From assembly GCA_964016885.1 (NCBI GenBank), contig OZ024741.1:20336001-20400000 (forward strand): a stretch of DNA of 64,000 bases. Direction: 5' to 3'. Each line of letters begins with the position of its first letter. Position 1 is the stretch's first letter. This document shows positions 23,901 through 35,876 of this stretch, piece after piece. Below the pieces are notes generated by a model that searched no databases, was not told the DNA's origin, and saw nothing but the letters and a program-made list of their open reading frames with translations. A program made the translations under genes and the position numbers. This DNA is from Eledone cirrhosa. Taxonomy: Eukaryota.

Positions 23901-24603
23901 CCAGCTCCGTTTTGCATTCCATAGGGTTAATCTTTTTGTAGATGGCAAATTTTGGTGGTAACTTTAGGATTTGTTGTTCTTGTTCACTGATTAAAGTGTT
24001 CCCATAGATATTTACTGTGTGGTCATTGGTAAATTCTTCCGGTAGTTTTACATCACTCATACGGATGTTGTCGATGTTATCTGGGTATTTTTGAGAATAT
24101 TCGATTTTCCTTTCTTGTAGTTTTTTCTTATTCATCCATTCTAATTTCTTCTTGAAATGCCTACAGCATTCGTTTTGAGCATATTTCGTTTCGCGTCGAA
24201 TGACGCTCATGAAGTCATCTCTCTCGTTTGCTGTGATGAGATTTCGGATTTCCTTACCGTTGATGCGTTTTTGTCTGTAGAGTGCGTTGACTTTTGTGTA
24301 TGTTGTTCTTTTCATATTAACTGTTATTGTGTGTTTTAGCCGTTCAGCTTGTGTTTTGTTCAATAATAAATTATTTACTTGTTTTGATATGTTTGTTGTG
24401 TATGTTTTGGAGGAAACACAGTGTTTTAAGAAGCGGATTTGTTCTGTTGTTATTGTAGTTTTTATATAACAGAAAACAGTGTCTTTCAATAACCTTTCAG
24501 CTTGGCACAAGCTAATGCCATAGCGGCGATGAATTAGTTTTGCGAGGATTTTTATATGAAATCGTGTGTCGAAACAGATATTGTTATATTTGGGGAGGGT
24601 CAT
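20968..24603 (-). CDS. PLE polyprotein: Asn-rich N-terminal region, reverse transcriptase, Cys linker, C-terminal GIY-YIG endonuclease
   Basis: 1211 aa uninterrupted: PTDKSG, LYGLRKDHK, PTRPVC, SMDVVSLYPSI, QNEGAAIG, YSRYVDD, LPVLD, C-x4-C-x2-C, NVVYSIRC...YIGETARSIGERIDQH, EASEI...PKLN. Confidence 0.95.
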   Translation of the reverse strand: MTLPKYNNICFDTRFHIKILAKLIHRRYGISLCQAERLLKDTVFCYIKTTITTEQIRFLKHCVSSKTYTTNISKQVNNLLLNKTQAERLKHTITVNMKRTTYTKVNALYRQKRINGKEIRNLITANERDDFMSVIRRETKYAQNECCRHFKKKLEWMNKKKLQERKIEYSQKYPDNIDNIRMSDVKLPEEFTNDHTVNIYGNTLISEQEQQILKLPPKFAIYKKINPMECKTELEKCFTKIRWNAKVNNNNNNNGSSNINNNSGYRNNSHNHNNGRKVRNSDNSNNTSDRQNNNNHNNNNNRNVNHRHSNSDHSSNNGNNTNNNNNNNHSGNNGNSTCSNINKNKKHNNSNNHNGRNSSNNNNNNGEVNNNTSSNHNNNNINANDRNNNNHHDNNNSNTHNYDDRNNDNPLEKLFFNPADKTYKMGNIYPTRLPFNKRVCIPQQIDDETEAQFTIARNKIRQVVDRYTMRQSRPEAQQLGIKPVEGLVSLKQRTRDGEVVCLPTDKSGRMSIDSMPNYIEAMQPHITNTSEVAQLTHDGREKILNAHMMMWTDILKPSRRTANNFQASNNGIPPLYGLRKDHKTVDDPTTGPPTRPVCGANIASNYRISYFLSMVIRPIIKMSPDVCESTEDLLSRISECNKNRSLSNCIIGSMDVVSLYPSINIDFAVKRCVEMIIESEVEFCDVDTDELGLLLRLTYDTDYLDSHDLRCFCPSRPIRGRPPTITSMAKKTPIGRWIGWTKAIRTPQNTDQVRKMVAHAIGASIKTTLKGHIFKFNEKIYTQNEGAAIGVSIAGDVANLFMVWWERRLKDLLLNESSIDLIMYSRYVDDINIVIRTPPLESTNKFDLERSTMESIQQIANSIHQSITVTIDFPSKHPNNRLPVLDTELWINTIDERAQILHSHYAKPMASKYLILKNSAMSSSAKFNILIADLVRVMKNVSSMCDPTEMEGHIQHFINRMQFSGYNQRDRVRVYEGAMEKYKTLIELDMKGICPLYRSKSWNSLDRARHKIGKATSWYDNQRYQSVMFVDATPGGKLANQCRKALRKTHLKIKVVEKPGTTIKSLISKTYPFKKTHCTNRKCIICKVNPRINCKTRNVVYSIRCTEGTCRNTTTTYIGETARSIGERIDQHWGELKGQKNGSVLYEHARQQHDGNIDNIEIRIISKHRNDPADRQIREASEIEIRRPKLNRKNEWNNNNTQTNNTDLREV

Positions 24604-24799
24604 ATTTGCGTAATATTGCCAGAATTAATAACAGAACACACTCACTGTTTGGTTGGTTTTCGCTTCTCGCTGTCTTTTATATATATATATCTGCGATCTA
24701 ACTTACTCGGTCCTCAATGTTGCCATTGACTGACCGGCGGTCAAAAATAATACAGATACAATATAGACAAACACATATATATATAGTTTACATAATTTA

Positions 24800-24840
24800 C
24801 ATAAATCTTTCGTTGCACATCTGCAACATCGTCAGTGGTG
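24800..24840 (-). ncRNA. Minimal hammerhead-like motif in the 5' pLTR
   Basis: Identical to 20650-20690. Confidence 0.6.
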
Positions 24841-25695
24841 TTATATTCATTGTTCCTCCTGTTGTGTTGTATGTCTACGCCATTTTTTTTTTTTTTGTTC
24901 AGTCTGTCTATATATTTATTTATTTATTTGCTTGTTTGTTTATCTTATTTTATTTTGTCTTCTTTGCGCATGCGTTTGCGTGTGTGTATAGTGTTATGTG
25001 TGATGTGTGACTAGTGTGTATAGTGTTGTGTCTGCTGGGTGACTAGTGTGTGTTTATGTGCTTGTGTATGTATTTATTTATCTTATTTTATTTATTTAAT
25101 TTAATTTACTTATTTATTTATACTTCTCTTAGGTCAGTGTTGTTTGTTTGGGTGTTGTTGTTGTTCCACTCATTCTTTCTGTTTAGCTTTGGTCTTCTAA
25201 TTTCTATTTCACTGGCCTCTCTGATTTGCCTATCTGCTGGGTCATTCCTATGTTTAGATATTATTCTAATTTCTATGTTGTCTATGTTACCGTCATGTTG
25301 TTGTCTAGCATGTTCGTATAGTACTGACCCGTTTTTTTTGTCCTTTTAGTTCCCCCCAGTGTTGGTCTATCCTTTCACCTATGCTACGAGCTGTCTCACC
25401 TATGTATGTTGTTGTCGTGTTTCTGCAAGTACCCTCTGTACATCTTATGCTATAGACTACGTTTCTAGTTTTACAGTTTATCCGGGGGTTCACCTTACAT
25501 ATGATACATTTCCTATTGGTACAGTGGGTTTTCTTAAAAGGGTAGGTTTTGCTGATCAGGGATTTTATGGTGGTTCCTGGCTTTTCTACCACCTTTATTT
25601 TTAAGTGGGTCTTTCTCAGGGCCTTTCTACACTGGTTAGCTAATTTCCCTCCAGGGAATATATATATATATACACGCAAACACACACACACACAC

Positions 25696-25753
<58 letters not shown>

Positions 25754-25766
25754 TATATACACGCAA

Positions 25767-25835
<69 letters not shown>

Positions 25836-25914
25836 GAAAGAGAGAACTATATTTTGGGAGGGTCATGCTGCCAACACACGCACCTGTTGGGTTTCAGTTC
25901 AATTTATGATTATA

Positions 25915-26025
25915 ATTTACGGGGTCGATAAACTAAAGTACCAGTAACGTACTGGTTCGATTTAATCGACTTTCCCCTCTCCAAAATTACTGGCCTTGTG
26001 CCTATATAAGAAACCATTATTATAA
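25915..26025 (+). mobile_element. SINE 3' half
   Basis: GGGGTCGATAAA...AAGTACCAG...GGCCTTGTGCC...ATTATT. Confidence 0.75.
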
Positions 26026-26074
26026 TTTCGTATAGTATCGTTATTTTAGAGTTCATTTTCTAACAATATATATA

Positions 26075-26151
<77 letters not shown>

Positions 26152-26440
26152 TGTGTGTGTAAAGGAGTTGACTTTAGAAGCTTTGGGAAAATTTGAAATG
26201 TGTCTCAGCGCAAATGACCATAATAACAGTTGATCACTATAAATAATAATTGAGAAAATCACATAAAGTATCCTTGGAGACGGAAAAAAGTAGACAGGGG
26301 TGTCTTTGTGCACTTTTTCCGTCTCCAGAGATACTTTACATGATCGTCTATTATTGCGTTGGAACACAAAAATTTCATATATATAGGTGTGTATATATAT
26401 ATATATATACGTATAACCATATCCGTATAACCATGTCCAT

Positions 26441-26483
26441 TACGAGCTGAGGATCCGCTAAGGTGAAACAATTGTTCTCAGTA
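26441..26483 (+). ncRNA. Type I hammerhead ribozyme
   Basis: UACGAG CUGAGGA UCC GCUAA GGU GAAA CAAUUG UU CUCAGUA. Confidence 0.7.
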
Positions 26484-26507
26484 TGGTGAACTAACTGTTG
26501 TGTAACC

Positions 26508-26558
<51 letters not shown>

Positions 26559-26864
26559 TTGATTTCCACCTGTTTGTGGTGGGGCCGACAACGTTGTTAG
26601 GCCTCAATGTGGCCTTGGAGAGATGATTTCAGCGACATTATTCCAACAGTTTAGTATTAGTCTAAAAAAGACGTTGGATCGATCAGGAATTTCGAGACTA
26701 GAAACAGATAATGACGTAACCAATACCAAGCTAGTCGATATATCGATCTTCCACGATAAATTAACTCTCTGAAACGATCGTAAATCAATGAACTAATTAA
26801 CAACTTACCTCTGTCTTTTGTCTTGTTTTTATTGTTTCGTTGTTCTATAACCACACACATGCAC

Positions 26865-26897
<33 letters not shown>

Positions 26898-26938
26898 CGA
26901 TATTAAACAAATGGAAAATATATTTATAAAACCATATT

Positions 26939-27004
26939 TATTTCATTATACATATTTCAGGGATACCATATTAAAAATATGGCATGCCTTCGTCAGATAA
27001 AATA
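26939..27004 (-). ncRNA. Type I hammerhead ribozyme (family A variant)
   Basis: Reverse complement of 27159-27224. Confidence 0.8.
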
Positions 27005-27158
27005 CAATATATAACCAGTTTTATAAATAATTTTGAGGTACCATAAATATAGCGACCATTAAGGTAGGAGGCTGGCTTGGTACCAAGCCAGCCTCCTACC
27101 TTAATGGTCGCTATATTTATGGTACGTCAAAATTATTTATAAAACTGGTTATATATTG

Positions 27159-27224
27159 TATTTTATCTGACGAAGGCATGCCATATTTTTAATATGGTAT
27201 CCCTGAAATATGTATAATGAAATA
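27159..27224 (+). ncRNA. Type I hammerhead ribozyme (family A variant)
   Basis: UAUUUUAU CUGACGA AGGCAUGCCAUAUU UUU AAUAUGGUAUCCCU GAAA UAUGUA UA AUGAAAUA. Confidence 0.8.
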
Positions 27225-27403
27225 AATATGGTTTTATAAATATATTTTCCATTTGTTTAATATCGTATATCTACTCCAAAAACTTGTCGAGTGCTTTATA
27301 TCAGTTATAAAATATTTACTTGTTGTAACCCAACAATTTTAAATAAAACTTTTGCATATATATATATATATATATATAGTAATAATAATAAATTTGTTAT
27401 TTT

Positions 27404-27487
<84 letters not shown>

Positions 27488-27545
27488 TATATATATATAC
27501 AGTATATATATATACAGTATATATGTATATATATATATATATACA

Positions 27546-27640
<95 letters not shown>

Positions 27641-27689
27641 ATAATAATAAATTTGAAGACTAAAATCCAAAGAGGGCTCGATAAGGATA

Positions 27690-28228
27690 AATATATATCA
27701 AATATATAAGAACCGTAGAGCAAATATTTATTAAAATAACAGATTAAAGTTTAAGCAAAGAATCGCTGCTTTCACCCTTAACGGGATAGACCCCCCATAA
27801 CCATATATATTCTGAAACTACATTGCCCACGGTACTTGGATAAGTATGTTTCATTTTAATCAAAGGGTTCCCCGGGGGCACAAAACCACCGCTGAAAACC
27901 CCCTTGAAAATGTTTTCCCTTCGATTTATATGAAATTTAAACCATAGGTATGACAAGATTTTATGCCTATTCACAAAAGTTTTGAATTGATATTTTGAAA
28001 AAAATTATTTACAAGAAACAAAATAAGAATAAGATTTAATAATGTAATTTTGATTTGATATATTACATAAAATAATGTTTTCCAATTTTTCATGCATTAC
28101 ATTTTACATTGAGTAATATTGAAATGCAGAGTTTTTCTCCATAAATTTTATCACTGATTTAAAATCAATCATCATTTTCTTACCAAAAAAATGTGTGAAA
28201 CGCAGCAAGGCGCGGGTAATTCGGCTAG
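27690..28228 (+). mobile_element. Probable non-autonomous Helitron-like element; 5' end uncertain
   Basis: Ends with a GC-rich imperfect hairpin (CGCAGCAAGGCGCG) followed by CTAG|T. Confidence 0.45.
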
Positions 28229-28416
28229 TACTTTAATAAAATTATGGCCAACAGTGGCTTTAAAGATGAAATTATCTACTGCCCTAGAACTAGACAAAAG
28301 GGAAATAGAACTAGAAATATTGTATGGTTCGCACACACCGTCCTATGACGTAGGAAAGAAATATTTAGCTCTCATAGATAAATATTTCCTCATAGGCCAA
28401 AAATAATGTAACATTA

Positions 28417-28591
28417 TTCGGTAGAGGGTCGGACGCCATGCTTTGCGGCATAGAGTTAAGGCCCTTTATGATCTCAGTTCAAATCCCGCCGAGGTTAATT
28501 TTGCCTTTCATCCTTACGAGGTCGATAAAATGAAGTACCAGTAATACACTGGGTAATTGCTGGCCTTGTGCCAAAAGTAGAAACAATTATT
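28417..28591 (+). mobile_element. tRNA-derived SINE
   Basis: B-box AGTTCAAATCCC, central domain and ATT tail. Confidence 0.85.
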
Positions 28592-28654
28592 TTACTGACA
28601 TGCAATCAAAATTGGGTATTCCTACCTTAGAAATGTAAAACTTATATCACCATC

Positions 28655-29156
28655 GTCATAGTAGTGGCACTCCGTCGGTTACGACGATGATGAGTATTCC
28701 TGTTGATACGATCAACAGAAAAGCGTGCTCGTGAAATTAACGTACAACTGGCTGGCGATTCCCAAGACACGCATACCTTCAACGTAGTTCTCAGGGAGAT
28801 TCAGCGTGACACGGCTGAACCCTTCGAATTACAGGTACAACTCATTTTTTCCATCACAGTGGACTGGAGTAGCATGAAATAAAGTGTCTTCCTCAAGGAC
28901 ACAACGCACCTCCGGTAATCGAACTCACCACCTTACGATCGTGAGCCGAATACCCTAACCACAAAGCCACGTGCCTTCACAACATAATTGTTTCTATTTT
29001 TTTACACAAGGCCAGCAATTAATCCAGTGTATTACTGGTACTTTATTTTATCGACCCCGTAAGGATGAAAGGCAAAGTTGACCTCGGTGGGAATTGAACT
29101 CAGACCGTAACACTATGCTGCAAGGCATGGCGTCCGACCCTCTACCGATACTGCCA
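28655..29156 (-). mobile_element. Longer CORE-type SINE (28655-28980) followed by a short SINE (28986-29156)
   Basis: A and B boxes on the minus strand; homology to the other copies. Confidence 0.8.
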
Positions 29157-29321
29157 AAACATAATGACTGCGTTATCCACACTATATTCCCCTTCTTAAG
29201 ATAGTAGTGTGTGAGTGGTACCGTGACCAGGTGGAAGAGATCTCCGTAGTTCGTGTCGTTGTTGTTGTAGTCATTGTCGTTGTTGTTGTTGTTGTTGTTG
29301 TACTTGTTACTCTTGTTGCTA

Positions 29322-29500
29322 CTCTGGTGTCCTCGGCCCTAGGGCTACCTCCCTACTCACCACCATAGGCACTGAACTGGCCAGCCGCAGGTGTGAGCCT
29401 CGCGAGTTGGAATGGCTTTTCCAGCGCGTCTCCCTTGCCGTCCTCCGGGAAAACGCCTTCTCCATTCTGTCCGCTGGGGCTGTGGGGAGGCCACCAATAT
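29322..29500 (+). mobile_element. CRE-like (RLE) non-LTR 3' fragment
   Basis: SGVLGPRATSLLTTIG...EPRELEWLFQRVSLAVLRENAFSI. Confidence 0.75.
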
Positions 29501-29883
29501 GATTGACTGACTTGTCATTATATCAGTCAGATGTTTTTAGATATCACCCAGTTAATTATGATTCATTCTGGTAACGAGATGCTAGATCCTGTGTTGAAAA
29601 AGTGAAATATATTTACAAAAACCAAAAAATTACTGTTATAGTTATTCTTGTTGTTGTTGTTGTACTTGTTACTCTTGTTGCTACTACAGTTATAGTTGCT
29701 GCTGCTGTAGTTCTTGCAAATATTGGTAAGTACTAAAGGTTCACAAGTCAACAAGTACAAACAATGAAATTTTCAGTTAAAATATTTCGATTTACTTTTG
29801 ACCTCTTGACCTTTTCTCAAAGAAGCTGTTACCATTGATGACCTCTCATCTTCTCTGTACATCTCTCTCTTTCTTTCTCTCTC

Positions 29884-29957
<74 letters not shown>

Positions 29958-30042
29958 TCTCTCTCTCTCTTTCTCCCTTTCTATGTATATATATATCGAA
30001 TACATGTGTGTAGAATCGAAGCTAGTAATAAAACCAGAACAA

Positions 30043-30077
<35 letters not shown>

Positions 30078-30087
30078 AAAACTCGAT

Positions 30088-31801
30088 AAAAACTTAATTT
30101 ATGAATGTAAAATTATAACTAGCACCAACTCCTTCACCTATTTTGGCTCCACTTCCACCTCTTTTAAAGCTCGTCTCTATAATCATCATTCATCTTTCAA
30201 ATACAAACTTAAAAGAACTAACACTGCTCTCTCAGAACTCATATGGTCCTTAAAAGACAAAAACATTAAATATAACATCTTTTGGAAAAAGATTTCTTCT
30301 GCATCCTCGTACTTGAACAGTTCTCTATCTAAAATCTGTAATCTCTGCCTAAATGAAAAATTTACCATTATCTCTAACCTAGAATCCATAATAAATAGAC
30401 GCTCGGATTTGTTTTCCATCTGCCTTCATAAATTCCATAGAACTTTTCACAAAGTATACAGTTAATATTCAATTCTTTATCAATTTAGAATCTTTTCTCA
30501 AAGGCACATATACATACACCTCTTTAAAATATACCCATCTACCTTACTTTAAAGGGCATTATACACTCTATAGTACTCGTTTATTCATTTACCTCATCCT
30601 ATCTTCTCGTAAAACAATAACATTTGTTTTTGACATTTTGAATATTCATCCGCAATCATTATTATTTTTTTCCCTCTATCATAAATCTTTTTAATCTCAA
30701 TTTCATCCTTAATTTATTATTATATATATTTTTTTTAATATATACTCATATATTCTTTAAAATATACCCATCTACCTTACTTTAAAGGGCATTATACACT
30801 CTATAATACCCGTTTACTCATCACCCTCATTATATCTCTTCGTAAAACAATAACATTTGTTTTTGACATTTTGAGTATTCATCCGCAATCATTATTATTT
30901 TTTCTCTCTATCATAAATCTTTTTAATCTCAATTTCATCCTTAATTTATTATTATTTTTTTCTCCCCATCAACGAACTCATTATTAATACATATGAATTC
31001 AATATAAAAACTTTAACTTCACATTATTTTTCTCAAATCCTATACATAAACACTTTCTCTTTGCTAATTTTAAGATTCCTACATTTCTCCTTTTGAATAT
31101 TCACCCACAATTATTATTTTTTTTTTCTCTCTATCTCCATACATAATCTCCCTTCGTTATTTTTTTCTCTCTATCTCCATACATAATTTCCCTTCGTTAA
31201 TTTTCAAATTCCTTTAATTTATACATTATCTTCCAACGGTTCCCAACCTCTCTATATTAAAACATTATATCTTTTTCTCAGTTATAAAAACTATCTCTTT
31301 CTCTCTATCACCCATCTCTCCCTTTCCACCTTCACTCTCATCTCCTCCCCTTTTTTTCATCCTTTCCACCCCCACCCCTCCCTAAATATAATATATTTTT
31401 TCCTCGCACATATCCTCCCTTCGTTAATTTTCAAAATTTTTAATTTATACAGTATCTTCCAACGGTTTTCAACCCCTCTATATAAAATATATCTCCTCTC
31501 TGTTATAAAAACTATCTCTTTCTCTCTATCACCCATCTCTCCCTCTCATCTCCTTCCCTTTTCATCCTTTTCTCTCCCCCCCCCTCTCTAAATAAAATAT
31601 TTTTCCCAATATCACACATCAATCTAAAACCACTTTTCATATGTTGATTTAAAACTGCACTATCAACAAGTGTTTTTTTAGCCTTCATATCATGTTCTCC
31701 TGTTTTATCTGATGAAAACACAAATATTATTGTTTGATGATGTTTGTTTTTGAAATGCGCATAATAAAATATATTGAACTCCTTTAACCATCTTTTGATC
31801 T

Positions 31802-31838
<37 letters not shown>

Positions 31839-31910
31839 ACAATATGTAGTACATTTTTGAAATGCGCATAATAAAATACATGGAACTCTTTTAACCATCT
31901 GTTGTTCTTA
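30088..31910 (+). mobile_element. PLE 3' fragment (GIY-YIG 30088-30465, Hydra-clade-like) with AT-rich pLTR containing internal duplications
   Basis: KNLIYECK...TYFGSTSTSFKARLYNH...TALSELIWSLKD...W...CNLCLNEK...INRRSDLFSICLH. ~230-bp duplication 30520-30720 / 30755-30955. Clade assignment is from memory of motifs. Confidence 0.8.
31703..31769 (+). ncRNA. Type I hammerhead ribozyme
   Basis: UUUUAU CUGAUGA long stem II GAAA UGCGCA UA AUAAAA. Confidence 0.8.
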
Positions 31911-31915
31911 TATAT

Positions 31916-31960
<45 letters not shown>

Positions 31961-32402
31961 GTATATATATATAAAAGGTATATATATATATGTATATATA
32001 TATAAAAGGTAAACAAAAATAACAACACAATCGGTACAGTATATGGAAGGGATATATTAGGTTAACGTTCGATATAGCAGGAAGAGGGTCGAACACTCGA
32101 ACAAATAACTGAGAGTTTTCAGCCATTATTGGCTCCAGCCATGTCTAACTTGATCGCACCACCAGATGGCAAAGTCTTTTACAACATACTTTAGGTTTAA
32201 CTCATACATTGGTCACCATGGCCCACAGCAGTAAATATTTCTGGAGTAGGGGCTTTATCAGTTATTTGTCCCTATGTCGTTTCTTTATGGGGTCTTTTTC
32301 TGTCTAAATAAGTTATTTAACGAAATCACTTAACATTTAACTCTACAAAATACTTCAGCAATGCTTGTATAGTCACTGCCTCCGTCTCTCTCGCTTTCCT
32401 CA

Positions 32403-32620
32403 TGGTGGATTGGCAGTATCGGTAGAGCGTCGGACAACATGCTTCGCGGTATAGAGTTATGGGCCTTCCCGTTCTGTGTTCAAATCCCACCGAGGTTAAC
32501 TTTGCCTTTCATCCTTAAGGGGTTGATAAAATAATGTACCAGTCACGCACTGGGGTAGATTTAATCAACTTTCCCTTCCCCCCAAATTGCTGGCCTTGTG
32601 ACTATATAAGGAACCATTAT
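32403..32620 (+). mobile_element. tRNA-derived SINE
   Basis: TGGCAGTATCGG A-box, GTTCAAATCCC B-box, central domain. Confidence 0.85.
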
Positions 32621-32621
32621 A

Positions 32622-32958
32622 AGCAAAAGGGGGCCTTCGCGCTGGCCGCCCCGCGGCCCCGGCAGACATAAGGAGTTTCCCCGGAGGATAGTGAGGGAGA
32701 CGTGTTGGAAGAGCCATTCCAGCTCGAGAGGCTCGCACTTGAGGGTAGCCAACTCCGTATCAATGGTGGTGAGTAAAGAGGTCGTCTTAGGGCCAAGGAC
32801 GCCAGAGGTCTCCACTGCTACGGGCTCGACCACAAGCCTGTCAGAGAGCGACCGATATTTGGAGAGTTTACTCTCCTCCGTCCGAAGTGCAGCAAAGCCT
32901 GAATTCGTCGCAGATTGCACCAGGTTGCCGCTGGAGAAAGTGTCGCAGCATGTGACAT
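32622..32958 (-). mobile_element. CRE-like (RLE) non-LTR 3' fragment
   Basis: DVTCCDTF, EESKLSKYRSL, EPVAVETSGVLG, LFQHVSLTILRGN. Confidence 0.8.
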
Positions 32959-33656
32959 CTTTTTTTCTGTTGTGGTGTATTTTGGCATGATATTAAACAG
33001 AGCAGATCTACTTGAAGTGAAATAGCTTTTTTGTTTGTTTGTTTGTTTGTTTGGGTTTTTTTTTCTAGTTAGCAAAGCTTATTCTCAATACATGTGTTTC
33101 ACTCACAAAGTTGACTTAAAAACTGATGATAATTACATAACGCACACATGCACTTGATAAGACAACGATAGATGTTATTTTGAGGTGGAGATTTTGTACA
33201 CAGTGACATATAAGCTTTATTTGATACAATAGATGCTTTCACTTTTCTCTCTGAGATTTTCCTCAATTACAATCTTAAGCAAGGATAAATAAGATTTTGC
33301 TGGAGATTTAAACTGTGCTTTGAAAAGTCAATTTTGAAGTTTGTTCCTTGTTCAATCATTTTACCAGAAGCCTGACATTATTTATGTAAGCGGACGGTAC
33401 TTGATTTAGGAGCCGCAGAAACCCATATACTGGATTTTACCAACCTTCCAGGGGTCCGGGTAAATTTTCAATACCCGAATTACTTGATCGTTTTTTTGGC
33501 TATGCGAATGATTGTTTAACCATCGTCTCAGTGTGTTCGGCCTTTAACGTTTGATATAGCTCTGGTTCATCTGAAGACGGTATATTAACTTACAAACTAT
33601 ATCAAACGTTTTCGGAAAATACAAAGACATCATTCCCCTCCGTATTATATAAATTC

Positions 33657-33800
33657 TAGCAGTGGAGACCTCTGGTGTCCTTGGCCCTACGACCACCTCC
33701 CTACTCACTACCATCGACACAGAGTTGGCTACCCTCAGGTGTGAGCTGAAATGGTTCTTCCAGCGCATCTCCCTCACCATCCTCCGGGGAAACCATCTCT
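33657..33800 (+). mobile_element. CRE-like fragment
   Basis: AVETSGVLGPTTTSLLTTID...FQRISLTILRG. Confidence 0.7.
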
Positions 33801-33988
33801 ATTCTGTATTGGGTTCATTTTAAATATGTTGCCAGCATAATTTTGGCAATATTGACGGAATGTTTTCTATATCATAGAAATGATGTAGTGTTTATGGTGG
33901 CGTTGGGGAAATAGAATTTGAGCTTTTTAAGACGACCCCAGTAATTAAACTCTCTCCCTCTCCCTCTCCCTCTCCCTCACTCTCTCTC

Positions 33989-34041
<53 letters not shown>

Positions 34042-34121
34042 TTTCCATTCAGTGGGTTTTTTTAAATCACAACAGTCTAACTCTATTTAGACAAATACGG
34101 CGTAGGCACATGTTACTACCA

Positions 34122-35330
34122 GCCCTCTCACCTCACCCCCGCCCCCCAACACCCGTGTTCCTTTCCCTCTCACCTACCACCCCATCACCCTACCACTCCG
34201 GCGACATATCCTCCGTTCCTTCCGTATCCTCTCTTCTGACCCCGTCACTTCTCGCTTTTTTCCAAACCCACCCATTACTGCTTTTAAGCGCGCCCGCAAC
34301 CTCCGCGACCTCCTGGTTCGCAGTTCCTTTTCGTTCTCTCTCACGACTCCACCCGGCTCTCATCCTTGTTCCCGTTCCCGCTGCAACACTTGTCCCTTTA
34401 TTTCCACCCTCACCACTCTTACAGGCCCTAACGGGTCTTTCCGGATCCGCCATTCCTTCACCTGCATATCCACCCACGTTGTCTATGCCCTCCGGTGTTC
34501 CCTTTGCGGGTCTTTATATATCGGACAAACGGGACACCGTATGGCAGATCGTTTTGCCGAACATCTGAGGGACATCAAACTCGGTTTGGATACTCCTGTC
34601 GCCCGTCATTTGTTCTCCTGGTCATTCTTCCCTACATGTTTCAGTCCTGGGTGTCCTTTTACATCATGGATCACAGGCCTCGCGCACCAGGACTGAACAA
34701 AGTTTGATTCACCGCCTTGGGTCCTATTCCCTTCTTGGACTCACCTCCCCAATTTCTCTAATACCCCGTCCATTATCACACCCCTAGATTCCTATCGCTT
34801 TCTCTTGATCATTAGCAGCTTCTCTTACTACTAATACATGCCGATACACACCCTTATATTAACATACCGTTGCTCATAGCTTCGTACTTACATGCACACA
34901 CACGCTTTTACTCACATATACACACACATTTCTTCTTAGCTTCGTACGAACCTATAACAACACACACACACACTTACGCACGTGCTCAAGTATAGCTCTT
35001 TTTACAAAACGTCTTTTTTTTTTCATTTCAGGTAGACGCGCTGCATCATCCACTTTTTTAAAAAACAAATCATACACAAAACGACAGCACCAACAGTTTT
35101 GCAAGAGATGTCAACATGAATGGACCTATTATTTTTATCTAAAGACATGTTTTCCAATTCCATCCCGCCCATCCCCTCAATCTATTTTATTTCTCATTCT
35201 TTCTTCTGATGAAGGACTAGCGTCCGAAACGTTAAGACCCTCTTCCTGCTATATCAAGCGTTAACCTAATATATACCTTCCATATACTGTACTGATTGTG
35301 TTGTTATTTCTGTTTACCTTTTACATACAT
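34122..35330 (+). mobile_element. Neptune-like PLE 3' fragment (GIY-YIG) with pLTR
   Basis: AFKRARNLRDLLVRS, C..SRCNTC, FTCISTHVVYALRCSLCGSLYIGQT...DRFAEHLRDI. Confidence 0.85.
35202..35237 (+). ncRNA. Minimal hammerhead ribozyme
   Basis: UCUU CUGAUGA A GGAC UAGC GUCC GAAACGUU AAGA. Confidence 0.8.
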
Positions 35331-35835
35331 AATATATATAATTTTAACCCTTCTGTTGAGAACTCTATTCGATTTGTGATACTTTTGCATTCTTGCAAAA
35401 ATATACACAACTGAATTCATTCGCCTGATATAGGGGTTGCCTCCCTTGCCGATCCCCACTTGGGGTCAGCAATAGTCAGTCCTTGTATTAACATTGAACT
35501 AAAACCTGTTGAGAAAGTGGCTTCCTTGTTCAATCATCTTACCAGAAGCCTGACATTATTTATGTAAGCGGACGGTACTTGATTTAGGAGCCGCAGAAAC
35601 CCATATACTGGATTTTACCAACCTTCCAGGGGTCCGGGTAAATTTTCAATACCCGAATTACTTGATCGTTTTTTTGGCTATGCGAATGATTGTTTAACCA
35701 TCGTCTCAGTGTGTTCGGCCTTTAACGTTTGTTATAGCTCTGGTTCATCTGAATCATTGAGCACTTGCCACATATCTCGGAGGTTGTTTTTCGTTATTTC
35801 GTGGGCCGAAATGTGAATCTCGATAATTTATGTTT

Positions 35836-35876
<41 letters not shown>

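Larger units (their letters stand above)
20428..25656 (-). mobile_element. Apparently intact Penelope-like retroelement (Nematis/Neptune-like) with ~1.08-kb pLTR direct repeats
   Basis: 20428-21505 repeats at 24578-25656 (period ~4150). The 3' tail re-enters the ORF start (MTLPKYNN). Inserted in (TA)n. Confidence 0.95.
26895..27356. mobile_element. Family A variant: spacer-less ~375-bp palindrome with two hammerheads plus tail
   Basis: Centre GGTACC at 27079-27084; hammerheads at 26939-27004 (-) and 27159-27224 (+). Confidence 0.85.
33344..35753. repeat. 232-bp near-identical direct repeats (33344-33575, 35522-35753)
   Basis: About 2 mismatches by eye. Confidence 0.9.

Noticed and set aside
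23404-23961. Hydrophobic membrane-like ORFs on +
   Set aside because: Antisense of the Asn-rich tract.
20968-24603. Selenocysteine recoding as known in some Naiad PLEs
   Set aside because: The ORF has no in-frame TGA, ends in TAA, and has a C-terminal rather than N-terminal endonuclease.
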